49,074 bases of DNA, taken from an uncultured bacterium (GTDB taxonomy: Bacteria; Schekmanbacteria; GWA2-38-11; J061). The stretch is taken from assembly GCA_964549305.1 (NCBI GenBank), contig CAZJVM010000014.1, positions 1-49,074 of the forward strand, given 5' to 3'. The notes under the pieces were generated by a model. That model was given only the letters and a program-made list of their open reading frames with translations, did no database searches and was not told the DNA's origin. Shown piece after piece: positions 17,140 through 27,031 of the stretch (positions within the stretch are counted from its first letter, which is position 1; each line of letters begins with the position of its first letter). Both the position numbers and the translations under genes were made by a program.

Positions 17140-18518
17140 GTTCAGTTTTACTTATAGGAACAGGAGATTTTTTGGTTTCTCTTGTCAACGGTCTTAAGTC
17201 GGAGAGAAGAAAAGTCCTTGTTTTTTGTCCGAGCAGGCAAATAAAGAAAAAAATCATCCGGAAAGGTTTTGATTTCATCGAGGGAGACCCTTTTGTACAT
17301 TCTAATTATACAAAAATAAATATGGATGACGTGACGGAGATTATTGTAACCGGCGGGAATATAAAAAAAATAAAACCTTTGCTTAATCATCTAAACGAAA
17401 TTAAAAAGCCTTCGACGCAATTAATTTTGTCACTGGAAAAAAGCAATTCATTAGATGACGAAAATGAAGAAGAGATAGAAGCCAATAAAATAATTTCACT
17501 TTCAGAACTTGTTTCAAGGGATTTTTTTATTGAACTGGGAAAGTTCAATAAGCGGAAAAATATCGAAAAATTAATTTCATCAGTAAATGACGGAGATAAA
17601 ATTCTCATTACTACTCACGATAATCCTGACCCTGATTCAATAGCATCTGCTGTGGCTTTGGAATTTTTTCTTAAAAAAGCGAAAAAAGTTAAAACCACAG
17701 TTGCTTACGGTGGTGAAATCGGTCGTTCGGAAAATCTGAATATGATTGATTTGCTTAATATCAAGATAAAACCGTTAAAAGATGTAAAACAGAAAAAATT
17801 TAATAAAATAGCTATGGTAGAAACTTATCCGGGAGGTAACAATCAATTTTCCGAAGAGATAATGCCTTCCATAGTGATTGACCATCACCCGCAAAAAAAG
17901 AAATACGCAGCAGATTATAGCGACGTGAGAAAAGACATTGGGGCGAATTCCACAATACTTACAGAATACTTTATTTATTCGCGTTATAAAATGAATAAAA
18001 AGATAGCAACTGCGCTTCTTTATGCAATTAAAACAGATACAATGTCTTTAAATCGTGGAAGTACGGCAAATGATATTGAGGCATTTTCGTATCTTTATAC
18101 AAAAGCCGACATTAATCTCTTAAAGAAAATTGAGCAACCATCTCTTTCACCGGATGAATTTGATGCTTTTGGGAAAGCTGTTCAGAATAAAAAAATTATT
18201 AAGAATGCTTTTTTTTCAGAAATCGGGAAAGTCGATGACAGAGAAATTATTCCGCAAATTGCAGACTTTTGCCTGACAAGAGAAGGAATTAAATTATCGG
18301 TTATCTTCGGATTTCTCAATGGCGACATTGTGATTTCTATGAGGAACAGGGATAACAGGAAAAATGCAGGAAAAATTCTCATAAAAGCTTTTGAAGGAAT
18401 AGGAACCGCGGGCGGGCATAAATCTATGGCTGCCGCCGTTATAAAGCTTTCGGACATTGAAGAGTCAAAGGATGAAGCCTTTTCAATGATTGTTGACAAA
18501 ATAACAAAAATGTTGTGA
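17136..18518 (+). CDS. DHH/DHHA1 phosphoesterase with N-terminal TrkA-N (RCK)-like domain
   Basis: THDNPDPDS, VIDHHP and AGGH motifs. Rossmann-like N-terminus VLLIGTG. Confidence 0.85.
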   Translation: MSSVLLIGTGDFLVSLVNGLKSERRKVLVFCPSRQIKKKIIRKGFDFIEGDPFVHSNYTKINMDDVTEIIVTGGNIKKIKPLLNHLNEIKKPSTQLILSLEKSNSLDDENEEEIEANKIISLSELVSRDFFIELGKFNKRKNIEKLISSVNDGDKILITTHDNPDPDSIASAVALEFFLKKAKKVKTTVAYGGEIGRSENLNMIDLLNIKIKPLKDVKQKKFNKIAMVETYPGGNNQFSEEIMPSIVIDHHPQKKKYAADYSDVRKDIGANSTILTEYFIYSRYKMNKKIATALLYAIKTDTMSLNRGSTANDIEAFSYLYTKADINLLKKIEQPSLSPDEFDAFGKAVQNKKIIKNAFFSEIGKVDDREIIPQIADFCLTREGIKLSVIFGFLNGDIVISMRNRDNRKNAGKILIKAFEGIGTAGGHKSMAAAVIKLSDIEESKDEAFSMIVDKITKML

Positions 18519-18559
18519 TTTCAGGTATGATTCATTGTTTTATTTAAGGAGGATTTGTC

Positions 18560-18964
18560 ATCATTTATGAATCTATTGCCATAGTTTCCGTAATCCTTTT
18601 TGCTGTGATAACGGGAGCGTTGATATCGTTGATTTTTCAGCTAAAAAAGACGCTGCAGAAAGTAGAAAAAACGGTTTCGGATATTGACGAAAAAGTTCAG
18701 CCGCTTTTAAAAGAGGCGCAGATATCAGTCAACAACATAAATTCTATAACGTGCAAAGTTGACAGAGGATTGGGTTCGGCTGAAACGGTTTTGAACAATA
18801 TCAAACTTGCCGCAGGAGCGTTGAAACAGGCGGGGTCTACCTTATCTTCGGACGGAATGTTGCGTTTTTTTGTTAAGTCGGGTGCGCTTGTGGGAATTAA
18901 AGCTGCAACAGGTGTTTTGAAGGAAAGAATATTTAATAAAGGAGGAAGAGGTGATGGAAAATAA
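18560..18964 (+). CDS. DUF948/YoxC-like membrane-anchored coiled-coil protein
   Basis: TM helix then heptad repeats, paired with the YtxH-like gene. Strong RBS AAGGAGG at 18546-18552 points to an ATC/ATT start at 18560/18563; the track starts at GTG 18605. Confidence 0.7.
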   Translation: MIYESIAIVSVILFAVITGALISLIFQLKKTLQKVEKTVSDIDEKVQPLLKEAQISVNNINSITCKVDRGLGSAETVLNNIKLAAGALKQAGSTLSSDGMLRFFVKSGALVGIKAATGVLKERIFNKGGRGDGK

Positions 18965-19298
18965 GGGGGGAGGATCAGGATTTTTAACGTTTCTTATGGG
19001 AGTACTTACAGGGGCTTTTCTGACTTCTTTTATAATATCGCAGGATGAAAAAGATGACGTAAAGGAGAGAATAACCGATACGACAGATGCTATGGCCGAA
19101 AAGGTAAAGAGAGCTTCAGACTCGGTACAACAGAAAGTTGATGAAGTTGTTGAATTCAGCAGGCAGAAGCTTGATGAACAAAAATCCATTTGGCAGGATG
19201 CTATCGACGCGGGTAAAGAAGCAATTAAAAAGGAAAAAGATCTTTTGGATAAAACGGAAGATTCTGGTAGCGATAGTGACCCGGAAGATACTCTTTAG
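18951..19298 (+). CDS. YtxH-like protein
   Basis: GFLTFLMGVLTGA N-terminal helix followed by a charged helical region. RBS GGAGG. Confidence 0.8.
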   Translation: MMENKGGGSGFLTFLMGVLTGAFLTSFIISQDEKDDVKERITDTTDAMAEKVKRASDSVQQKVDEVVEFSRQKLDEQKSIWQDAIDAGKEAIKKEKDLLDKTEDSGSDSDPEDTL

Positions 19299-19301
19299 AT
19301 G

Positions 19302-20414
19302 TTATGATACGTTTTGAATTTTGATATGGTTGTCATTATAGATATTATAAAGAGTATCTCTTTGCGCGGGAATCCTTCCTGCTGATTTGATAATTTCTCT
19401 AAGTTCACTCTCTGTAAGTGATTCTCCGAAAAGGGAACCGGCGGCTTTAGATATTTTTTCTTCTCCGAGTGTTCCCCCTATATCGTTCACTCCGCAGGAA
19501 AGCGCTTTTTTGACACCATCAATTCCTATTTTAACCCAACTTGCCTGAATATTAGGAATGCGGGTTCCGAAAAGGAGCCTGCTTACGGCATAGACTTTGA
19601 ATATTAGGGAGTCATTGCCGGAGGTGAGAAAGAATTTATTTGCGAGCTCCGTGTTTTGTGAAATAAACGGTAAGGGAACAAATTCGGTAAACCCGCCTGT
19701 TTCGTCCTGAATGCTTTTAATTGTGTATAGATGTTGGGCAATATCCTCAGTATTTTCAATATGTCCGAACATCATTGTAGAAGTGGTTTGTATTCCGGCT
19801 TTATGAGCGGATTTTATAATTTCGCTCCATTGCCGGCTATTTATTTTTTCAGGGCATATCTTTTGCCTTACATTATCCGAGAGAATTTCCGCGGCAGTAC
19901 CGGGTATGGAATCAAGTCCTTCGTCTTTGAGGATTTTAAGCACTTTATCAATATCCATATTTGACATTTCAGCCATAAAGCTGATTTCCATAGGGGAAAA
20001 TGCATGAATATGAATAAAGGGGTATTTATTTTTAATGGAGCGAAGGATTTTAATATAATAATCAATTGTTAAATCTTCATTTAACCCGCCCTGGATACAA
20101 ACTTCAGTTATTTCTTTGGTATCGATTTTTTCAAGTATTTCATCAGTTGTCATACAGTAACTTTCCCTATCGTGGCGGTCTTTTCGAAATGCGCAGAAAG
20201 TACATTTGTTGCGGCAAATGTTGGTGAAATTTATATTTCTGTTTTTTACATATGTGACGGTATCTCCGCAGATAGACTTTCTGAAAGAATCCGCCGCATT
20301 AAGCAAATGAGAAATGTTTTCTTCACCTTCTGTTTGAAGAAGTTGTGACGTTTCGGAAAACGATATGCATTTTCCCGACAGAGCTTTATCAGTTATTTGT
20401 TCAATATATTCCAT
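19302..20414 (-). CDS. cofH: CofH-like radical SAM protein (FO synthase subunit 2)
   Basis: VTYVKNRNINFTNICRNKCTFC, PGTAAEIL, NIQASWVKIG and NDIGGTL.EE.IS.AAG, the last two more CofH-like than MqnC-like. Start moved to ATG 20414, supported by TTGACA-N17-AATAAT at 20465-20437. Confidence 0.75.
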   Translation of the reverse strand: MEYIEQITDKALSGKCISFSETSQLLQTEGEENISHLLNAADSFRKSICGDTVTYVKNRNINFTNICRNKCTFCAFRKDRHDRESYCMTTDEILEKIDTKEITEVCIQGGLNEDLTIDYYIKILRSIKNKYPFIHIHAFSPMEISFMAEMSNMDIDKVLKILKDEGLDSIPGTAAEILSDNVRQKICPEKINSRQWSEIIKSAHKAGIQTTSTMMFGHIENTEDIAQHLYTIKSIQDETGGFTEFVPLPFISQNTELANKFFLTSGNDSLIFKVYAVSRLLFGTRIPNIQASWVKIGIDGVKKALSCGVNDIGGTLGEEKISKAAGSLFGESLTESELREIIKSAGRIPAQRDTLYNIYNDNHIKIQNVS

Positions 20415-20687
20415 ACAAGATACCTTTTTAACAGGGATTATTTTACTTTTACCGGTGTTTGTCAAATCGATTTTAAAAGGACTGAAAAAATAATAAAAAC
20501 TTATTATACTCTTTTTGGAACATTTAACATTTAATGAAGATGTTAAAATTTGCCGCATTGAAAAAATAGTAAAAATCTAAGCTGAAATTAAACAAATGTT
20601 TCAGATAGAAACATATTTGCTTTATTAATAAGATTGACTCAAAGGGTTATTTTTATTATCAATGCCGAAATTTTTAAGGAAAAATAA

Positions 20688-22481
20688 GTGAAACTTGAGC
20701 ATATAAGAAACTTTTCAATCATTGCGCACATTGACCATGGAAAGTCTACTCTGGCAGACCGTTTTCTTGAAGCAACGGGCGCGCTTAGCAAAAGGGAAAT
20801 GGCAGAGCAGGTTCTTGACGGAATGGACCTTGAGAGAGAAAAGGGAATTACCATTAAATCCCATGCCGTAAGGATAAATTACAAGGCAAAAGACAAGAAA
20901 AAATATATTCTCAATCTTCTTGATACGCCGGGACATGTTGATTTTAGTTATGAAGTGTCCCGAAGCCTTGCTTCCAGTGAAGGCGCGCTCGTTCTTGTCG
21001 ATGCTTCACAGGGAATTCAGGCTCAGACCCTTGCAAATGTTTATCTGGCAATGGAAAACGATCTCACGATGATTCCTATTCTTAACAAGGTCGATCTCCC
21101 TCAGATTGATATTGAATCGTCAAAAAGAGAGATGATTGACATCTTAGGATTTAACAAAGACGAGATTATATGTGTAAGCGCGAAAAAAGGAACAGGAGTC
21201 TCTGATGTTCTTGAAGCGATAGTAAATACGATTCCTCCACCTGACGGTACAGTCGACAATCCCCTGAAAGCGCTTATCTTTGATTCATGGTTTGATTCTT
21301 ATCTTGGCGCTGTAATCCTTGTCAGAGTACTGGATGGGATACTCAGAAAAGGCGAAAAAATGATGTTTATGTCAAATCGCAAGACTTTTGAAGTTACGGG
21401 AGTGGGCGTCCTGACTCCGAAACCTCTTTATGTTGACAGTTTGTCCGCGGGAGAAGTCGGGTTTGTTGTTGCAAGCATTAAGAATGTAAAAGATACAAAA
21501 ATAGGAGATACCGTTACACATGCAAACCGCCCGGCTCTCAAAGCCTTTCCGGGATTCAAAGAAGTAAAACCTATGGTGTTTGCCGGGCTCTATCCCGGTG
21601 ACAGCGAGAATTACGATATTTTGAGGGATTCCGTGGAGAAACTGAGCCTCAATGATTCGGCATTTACCTTTGAGCCCGAAAGCAGTATGGCATTGGGATT
21701 TGGATTCAGATGCGGTTTTTTGGGACTTCTCCATATGGAAATAATTCAGGAGCGTCTCGAGAGAGAGTATGAGATGTCTTTGATAACTACGGCGCCTACG
21801 GTAAAATATAAAGTGTTCGGAACAAACGGAGAGGTCTTTGAGGTTGACAATCCAAAAAAACTGCCTCCTGCCGGAGAAATAGAGAAGATAGAAGAACCAT
21901 ATATTCTTGTAAGCATTTTTACTCCTCCCGAATACATTGGAAATGTTGTCAGTCTCGCGCAGGAGAAAAGAGGAATACAAAAGGAGATTGAATATCCCGA
22001 TGTAAACCGTGCCATTATTCATTATGAGATTCCCTTTAATGAAATGGTCCTTGATTTTTATGACCGCCTTAAGTCAGTAACGAAAGGATATGCCTCTTTA
22101 GATTACGATTTTATAGGATTCAGGCCATCTAATCTTGTCAAGCTTGATATCTTGATAAACGGACAGGAAGTTGATGCGCTTTCAGTAATAGTGCATAAGA
22201 GCAAGTCATATATGAGAGGACGCGAGCTTGTAGAAAAAATGAAAACAGTCATTCCGCGCCAGATGTTTGAAGTAGCGATACAGGCGGCAATAGGAAACAG
22301 AGTCATTTCAAGGGAAACAGTGAAAGCTTTGAGAAAGAATGTTACCGCAAAGTGCTATGGAGGAGATATAACGAGAAAAAGGAAACTTCTTGAAAAACAG
22401 AAGGAAGGTAAAAAAAGAATGAAGCACGTTGGAAACATTGAAATTCCTCAGGAAGCCTTTATGGCAATTTTAAAGATATAA
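20688..22481 (+). CDS. lepA: Elongation factor 4 (LepA)
   Basis: [28 protein letters not shown] and [18 protein letters not shown] motifs. Confidence 0.98.
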   Translation: MKLEHIRNFSIIAHIDHGKSTLADRFLEATGALSKREMAEQVLDGMDLEREKGITIKSHAVRINYKAKDKKKYILNLLDTPGHVDFSYEVSRSLASSEGALVLVDASQGIQAQTLANVYLAMENDLTMIPILNKVDLPQIDIESSKREMIDILGFNKDEIICVSAKKGTGVSDVLEAIVNTIPPPDGTVDNPLKALIFDSWFDSYLGAVILVRVLDGILRKGEKMMFMSNRKTFEVTGVGVLTPKPLYVDSLSAGEVGFVVASIKNVKDTKIGDTVTHANRPALKAFPGFKEVKPMVFAGLYPGDSENYDILRDSVEKLSLNDSAFTFEPESSMALGFGFRCGFLGLLHMEIIQERLEREYEMSLITTAPTVKYKVFGTNGEVFEVDNPKKLPPAGEIEKIEEPYILVSIFTPPEYIGNVVSLAQEKRGIQKEIEYPDVNRAIIHYEIPFNEMVLDFYDRLKSVTKGYASLDYDFIGFRPSNLVKLDILINGQEVDALSVIVHKSKSYMRGRELVEKMKTVIPRQMFEVAIQAAIGNRVISRETVKALRKNVTAKCYGGDITRKRKLLEKQKEGKKRMKHVGNIEIPQEAFMAILKI

Positions 22482-22544
22482 CACAGGTAATGTTGTTTTT
22501 TTAAGCGAATTGGATTAAGGATAGATAAAATTTAAAATAAAATT

Positions 22545-23165
22545 ATGGCTTCGGAAAACGTTAAAAAAGATAAATCGACAGTTAGAGAATATGTTGAAGC
22601 AATTCTCATTGCGTTGCTACTTGCTCTTGTAATCAGAACATATATTGTTCAGGCATTTAAAATTCCTTCCGGTTCGATGTTGGAAACTCTTCAGATAGGC
22701 GACCATATACTTGTCAACAAGTTTGGTTATTGGTTTTATGACCCTCAGAGAAGAGACGTAATAGTTTTTAAATATCCAAAAAACGAAAAACGGGATTTTA
22801 TAAAAAGGATTATAGGAAAAGAGTATGATGTGGTGAAAGAGAGGAATAAAGTAATTTTTGTGAATGGTGAAAAACAGAATGAAAAATATGCGATTCATAA
22901 GGATTCTTTCATTATTCCGCGAAAGTCTTCTGAAAGATATGGTGATGAGGCAGTGCGGGATAATTTTGGCCCCATAAAGGTTTCTGAAAAATCCTATTTT
23001 ATGATGGGTGATAACAGAGACAGTTCACTTGACAGCCGTTTTTGGGGGTTTGTAAGGCGGGAAAAGATAAAAGGGCAGGCATTTATCATTTACTGGTCAT
23101 GGAATTCCCAAAAAAGCTTTCCGAAAAATATTCGCTGGAACAGAATCGGAAAACTTATCCTTTAG
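22545..23165 (+). CDS. lepB: Signal peptidase I
   Basis: IPSGSM, FIKRI and GDNRDSSLDSRFWG motifs, located after lepA. Confidence 0.97.
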   Translation: MASENVKKDKSTVREYVEAILIALLLALVIRTYIVQAFKIPSGSMLETLQIGDHILVNKFGYWFYDPQRRDVIVFKYPKNEKRDFIKRIIGKEYDVVKERNKVIFVNGEKQNEKYAIHKDSFIIPRKSSERYGDEAVRDNFGPIKVSEKSYFMMGDNRDSSLDSRFWGFVRREKIKGQAFIIYWSWNSQKSFPKNIRWNRIGKLIL

Positions 23166-23177
23166 GCAGCCTTTCAT

Positions 23178-25838
23178 ATGGATAAGACAGATAGCAGAAA
23201 AAATCAGCAGTCTGTAACTCCGATGATAAAGCAGTATTTAAAAATAAAGTCCAACCATAAAGATGCAATTCTCTTTTTCAGAATGGGCGATTTTTATGAA
23301 ATGTTTTTTGACGATGCAAAAATCGCATCAAATGTACTTCAGATTGCTCTAACATCGAGAGGCAAAAACATCGGAGAAGAAATTCCCTTATGCGGAATTC
23401 CATATCATTCCTTAGACTCCTATCTTCCCAAATTACTTAACCGAGGTTTCAAAGTAGCAATATGCGAACAACTTGAGGATCCGCGCTCAACTAAAAAAAT
23501 TGTAAAAAGAGATGTGGTGCGAATTGTAACTCCCGGCACTATCACTCAACCTGAATATCTCAACCCTAAAAGTAACAATTACCTGGTTTCGCTGTGCAGG
23601 GGACGGTGCGGAACGGGTTTCGCCGGTGTAGATATAACAACGGGAGAGTTTTTCACTACGCAGTTTCCTGAAAACGATAATTTAGGATTTATCAATGAAA
23701 TTATTAGGCTTGAACCGAGAGAGATATTATTGCCTCAATCTATGGAAGAAGAATTTCAAAAAGAAATATCCAAAAAGATAAATGTCATTCCTCTTGTTTC
23801 TCCCTATGACAGTTGGCGTTTTGAAGAAGATACGGCAAGAAGGTCTCTTCTCGAGGGATTTGGAGTTTCGTCACTTGCGGGATTCGGTTGCGAGGATATG
23901 ATTGAAGCAGTAAGGGCGGCAGGCGGAATGTTTCAGTATCTTGTAGAAACGCAGAAGAATGCTTTAAAAAATATAAACTCCATAAAAACTCTCAATACGG
24001 GAGATTATCTTGTTCTGGACGGGATGACATTAAAAAATCTTGAAATAATTAAAAACAATATTGACGGTTCACAGTCTGCTACGCTTCTCGATGTTATTGA
24101 TAGAACAATAACGGCTATGGGAGGGAGATTGCTCAGAAAATGGGTAATGAAACCTTTGATTAACGTAAAACAGATAGAGAAAAGGCAGGACGCGGTTGAA
24201 GAATTTATTGAAAGAAAAACCGAATTCGGAAAAGTTTCAGTTGAACTGAAAGGCATAAGTGATATGGACAGAATTACGGGAAAAGTCGCCTCGGGAAACT
24301 GCGGGCCGAGAGATTTGGTTTCCCTAAGAAAATCTTTACACCATGTTCCCGCTCTAAAAGAACAGCTTTTATCTTTTGAATGCGGATTAGTTCAATTCAT
24401 TAACGGAAAAATTGCTCCTCTTACAGATTTAACAAATATTCTCGCTATGGCTCTCGTTGAGTCTCCTCCATTAAATATTAGGGATTGCGGTGCAATTAAA
24501 GAGGGATTTAATCCTGATCTTGATCGTTTACGGGACATAAAAAATAACACGAGAAAGTGGATATCTGAGCTTGAAGAGAAGGAAAGACGCCGCACTTCCA
24601 TTTCGTCTCTAAAGGTTAAATTCAATAAGGTGTTTGGCTACTATATTGAAGTAACTAAAGCCAATCTGGATAATGTCCCCGAAGACTATATAAGAAAGCA
24701 GACATTGGTCAATGCCGAGAGATTCATAACTCCCGAATTAAAGGAGTATGAAGAAAGCATTTTGAATGCAGAGGAAAAAATAAAAGAGATGGAAGCCGAT
24801 ATCTTCAACGCCCTGTTAAAAGATGTTGAGAAAAACATGATTGCTATTCAGGCGACATCCTCTGCGATAGCTGAAGTTGACGCACTATTCTCTCTCTCGG
24901 CAATTGCCCTTGAAAATAATTATGTTCGTCCTGAAGTTAATGATTCCGAATCTATTGATATAAGAAACGGACGCCATCCGGTGATTGAACGAATTTTTTT
25001 CGATGAAAAATTTGTTCCCAATGATGTTTTCCTTGATTGCGGAGACAACAGGATGATGATTATTACCGGGCCTAATATGGCGGGGAAATCCACATATATG
25101 AGGCAGGTGGCATTGATAGTAATTCTTGCGCAAATGGGGTCTTTTGTGCCTGTGGAAAGCGCTCAAGTGGGAATAGTCGACAGGATTTTCACAAGGGTTG
25201 GCGCGAGTGACAATCTTGCAAGAGGGCAAAGTACTTTCATGCTTGAGATGAGCGAGACTGCAAATATTATCAATAATGCCACTCGAAAGAGCTTGATAAT
25301 TCTTGATGAAATAGGAAGAGGGACAAGCACCTTTGACGGTGTAAGCATTGCTTGGGCAGTTGCGGAGTTTATCCATTCTCATCCAACAATCGGAGCAAGG
25401 ACGCTTTTTGCGACCCACTATCATGAACTGACTGAATTAAGCAACATACTCGATGGTGTAAAAAACTATAATGTCGCTGTTAGAGAATGGAACGACGAAG
25501 TAATTTTTTTGAGAAAAATAGTGGAAGGCGGAACAGATAAAAGTTATGGAATACATGTGGCAAAGCTAGCGGGGTTGCCTGAGAAGATAATATTAAGGGC
25601 GAAAGAAATCCTTAAAAATCTTGATTCACGGGAATACAATGAGAGGGGAAACTTATCCATATTAGGTAAAGAATCCCCGGTTGAATTAAAAGAACAACAG
25701 ATGCTTCCTTTGTTTAATAAAGATGAGTCTGATGTTATAGATGATTTACGCAATGTTGATGTAAATATTTTGTCTCCCGTTGATGCCCTGAATTATTTGA
25801 ACTGTCTAAAAGAAAGATTAAATAAAGGAGAAAATTAA
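23178..25838 (+). CDS. mutS: DNA mismatch repair protein MutS
   Basis: FRMGDFYEMF, TGPNMAGKST, DEIGRGTST and FATHYHEL motifs. Confidence 0.98.
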   Translation: MDKTDSRKNQQSVTPMIKQYLKIKSNHKDAILFFRMGDFYEMFFDDAKIASNVLQIALTSRGKNIGEEIPLCGIPYHSLDSYLPKLLNRGFKVAICEQLEDPRSTKKIVKRDVVRIVTPGTITQPEYLNPKSNNYLVSLCRGRCGTGFAGVDITTGEFFTTQFPENDNLGFINEIIRLEPREILLPQSMEEEFQKEISKKINVIPLVSPYDSWRFEEDTARRSLLEGFGVSSLAGFGCEDMIEAVRAAGGMFQYLVETQKNALKNINSIKTLNTGDYLVLDGMTLKNLEIIKNNIDGSQSATLLDVIDRTITAMGGRLLRKWVMKPLINVKQIEKRQDAVEEFIERKTEFGKVSVELKGISDMDRITGKVASGNCGPRDLVSLRKSLHHVPALKEQLLSFECGLVQFINGKIAPLTDLTNILAMALVESPPLNIRDCGAIKEGFNPDLDRLRDIKNNTRKWISELEEKERRRTSISSLKVKFNKVFGYYIEVTKANLDNVPEDYIRKQTLVNAERFITPELKEYEESILNAEEKIKEMEADIFNALLKDVEKNMIAIQATSSAIAEVDALFSLSAIALENNYVRPEVNDSESIDIRNGRHPVIERIFFDEKFVPNDVFLDCGDNRMMIITGPNMAGKSTYMRQVALIVILAQMGSFVPVESAQVGIVDRIFTRVGASDNLARGQSTFMLEMSETANIINNATRKSLIILDEIGRGTSTFDGVSIAWAVAEFIHSHPTIGARTLFATHYHELTELSNILDGVKNYNVAVREWNDEVIFLRKIVEGGTDKSYGIHVAKLAGLPEKIILRAKEILKNLDSREYNERGNLSILGKESPVELKEQQMLPLFNKDESDVIDDLRNVDVNILSPVDALNYLNCLKERLNKGEN

Positions 25839-25840
25839 TA

Positions 25841-26302
25841 GTGAATGTTTATGAAAGAAATATAAATGCTTCTATAGAAACACCTGCCGGAAATTTTCTT
25901 ATAACAAGGGCATCGCTTCTTGACCTTGACCATAACATAAGAATTCAGCTTACAACGGAAATAATTACAAGGACTATAGAATCGGCTTCCGTGGAAATGG
26001 TTAAAACTCCTTTTGAAGTGTGCCGAAATGCGATGCCCAATATTGAAAATCTCAAGGGATTGAAAATTGAAAGAGGGTTTACAAAAAAAATGAGAAAAAT
26101 AGTGGGCGGTAATACGGGATGCACCCACATAGTTGAACTTCTTATGACCGCATCATCTCTTACATCAAACGCGATACTTCTCGAGGCGGCGAGAGATCCA
26201 GTAAAAAGACGTCTTTTTGCAATGAAATCGGAAGGCGAAAGAATGAACGAACTGGAAGGTTTTCTTAAAAACAGTTGTGTTGTATTTAAGGAAAAACCGT
26301 GA
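25841..26302 (+). CDS. DUF2889-like protein
   Basis: PFEVC...GG..GCTHIVEL...NSC pattern. Confidence 0.7.
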   Translation: MNVYERNINASIETPAGNFLITRASLLDLDHNIRIQLTTEIITRTIESASVEMVKTPFEVCRNAMPNIENLKGLKIERGFTKKMRKIVGGNTGCTHIVELLMTASSLTSNAILLEAARDPVKRRLFAMKSEGERMNELEGFLKNSCVVFKEKP

Positions 26303-26318
26303 CAGCGGAAAAAGCCCC

Positions 26319-27014
26319 TTATTCCTGATGCGAATTTCCTGTTTTACGCCCTCTGCAGGCTTTTACGCATATCCCACAAATCGATACACCTATGCCTCTG
26401 ATTTTTGAAAACTCTTTGAGCTTTACAATGCACTTTTCTCTCACATACCCATTGTCTGTTATAGCTTCGGCAGGGCAGGCAGATACGCATTTCCCACATT
26501 TTCCACAATTGCCTTCAAGAGGTTTTCCCACAGGCAAAGGAGTATCGGTTAATATGGTTACAAGGCGAATTCTTGCGCCGTATTGCGGAGTAATGAACAA
26601 TGTTGAGCGACCAATATAGCCAAGTCCTGCTTGCCTTGCAACAAGACGATGGGAAAGATGCCCAAGCTGTTTTTCCCAGTCAACCATTTGGGATGACGGA
26701 ATGGGGACGCTTTTGTGTCCGAGGGAATCTATTTTTTTGCAGACGGCCAGGGCAATCTGGTCAAGACGGTAATTGACTGCCTTATAATGGTGCTTGTAAA
26801 TAAGTGTAGGCGCATCATCGATATCGTCAATTATTGAATCGGATAGCTTTACAACAATTGAAATTGCATAAGGATGAGAATCTGCGATTTCGGCAATTAA
26901 TGGGTGAAAGGTCTCTTTGATTTCCATTATATCCGCTACGCCCAAAAATGTCGCTCCTTCATCGATGGCGACTTTCTTTAATATTCTGAGATTTTCGTCA
27001 GCGTTATTGCTCAT
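26319..27014 (-). CDS. QueG/reductive-dehalogenase-like 4Fe-4S protein
   Basis: SHR..A..AGLG.IG, ITPQYGARIRL..ILTD, CGKCGKCVSACP and CGICVKAC motifs. Confidence 0.8.
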   Translation of the reverse strand: MSNNADENLRILKKVAIDEGATFLGVADIMEIKETFHPLIAEIADSHPYAISIVVKLSDSIIDDIDDAPTLIYKHHYKAVNYRLDQIALAVCKKIDSLGHKSVPIPSSQMVDWEKQLGHLSHRLVARQAGLGYIGRSTLFITPQYGARIRLVTILTDTPLPVGKPLEGNCGKCGKCVSACPAEAITDNGYVREKCIVKLKEFSKIRGIGVSICGICVKACRGRKTGNSHQE

Positions 27015-27031
27015 TAAAATTCCTTTTATTT

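Noticed and set aside
20415-20558. 48-aa N-terminal extension of the cofH-like ORF
   Set aside because: It overlaps a plausible promoter and lacks family similarity. ATG 20414 fits better.
21372-25424. Long antisense ORFs inside lepA (216 aa) and mutS (179 aa), and the other short overlapping ORFs in the track
   Set aside because: Shadow frames of well-conserved genes, with no recognisable motifs or RBS.
26319-27014. Possible respiratory reductive dehalogenase
   Set aside because: Only 231 aa, no Tat signal and no rdhB-like anchor gene. It fits the common QueG-like small Fe-S family.
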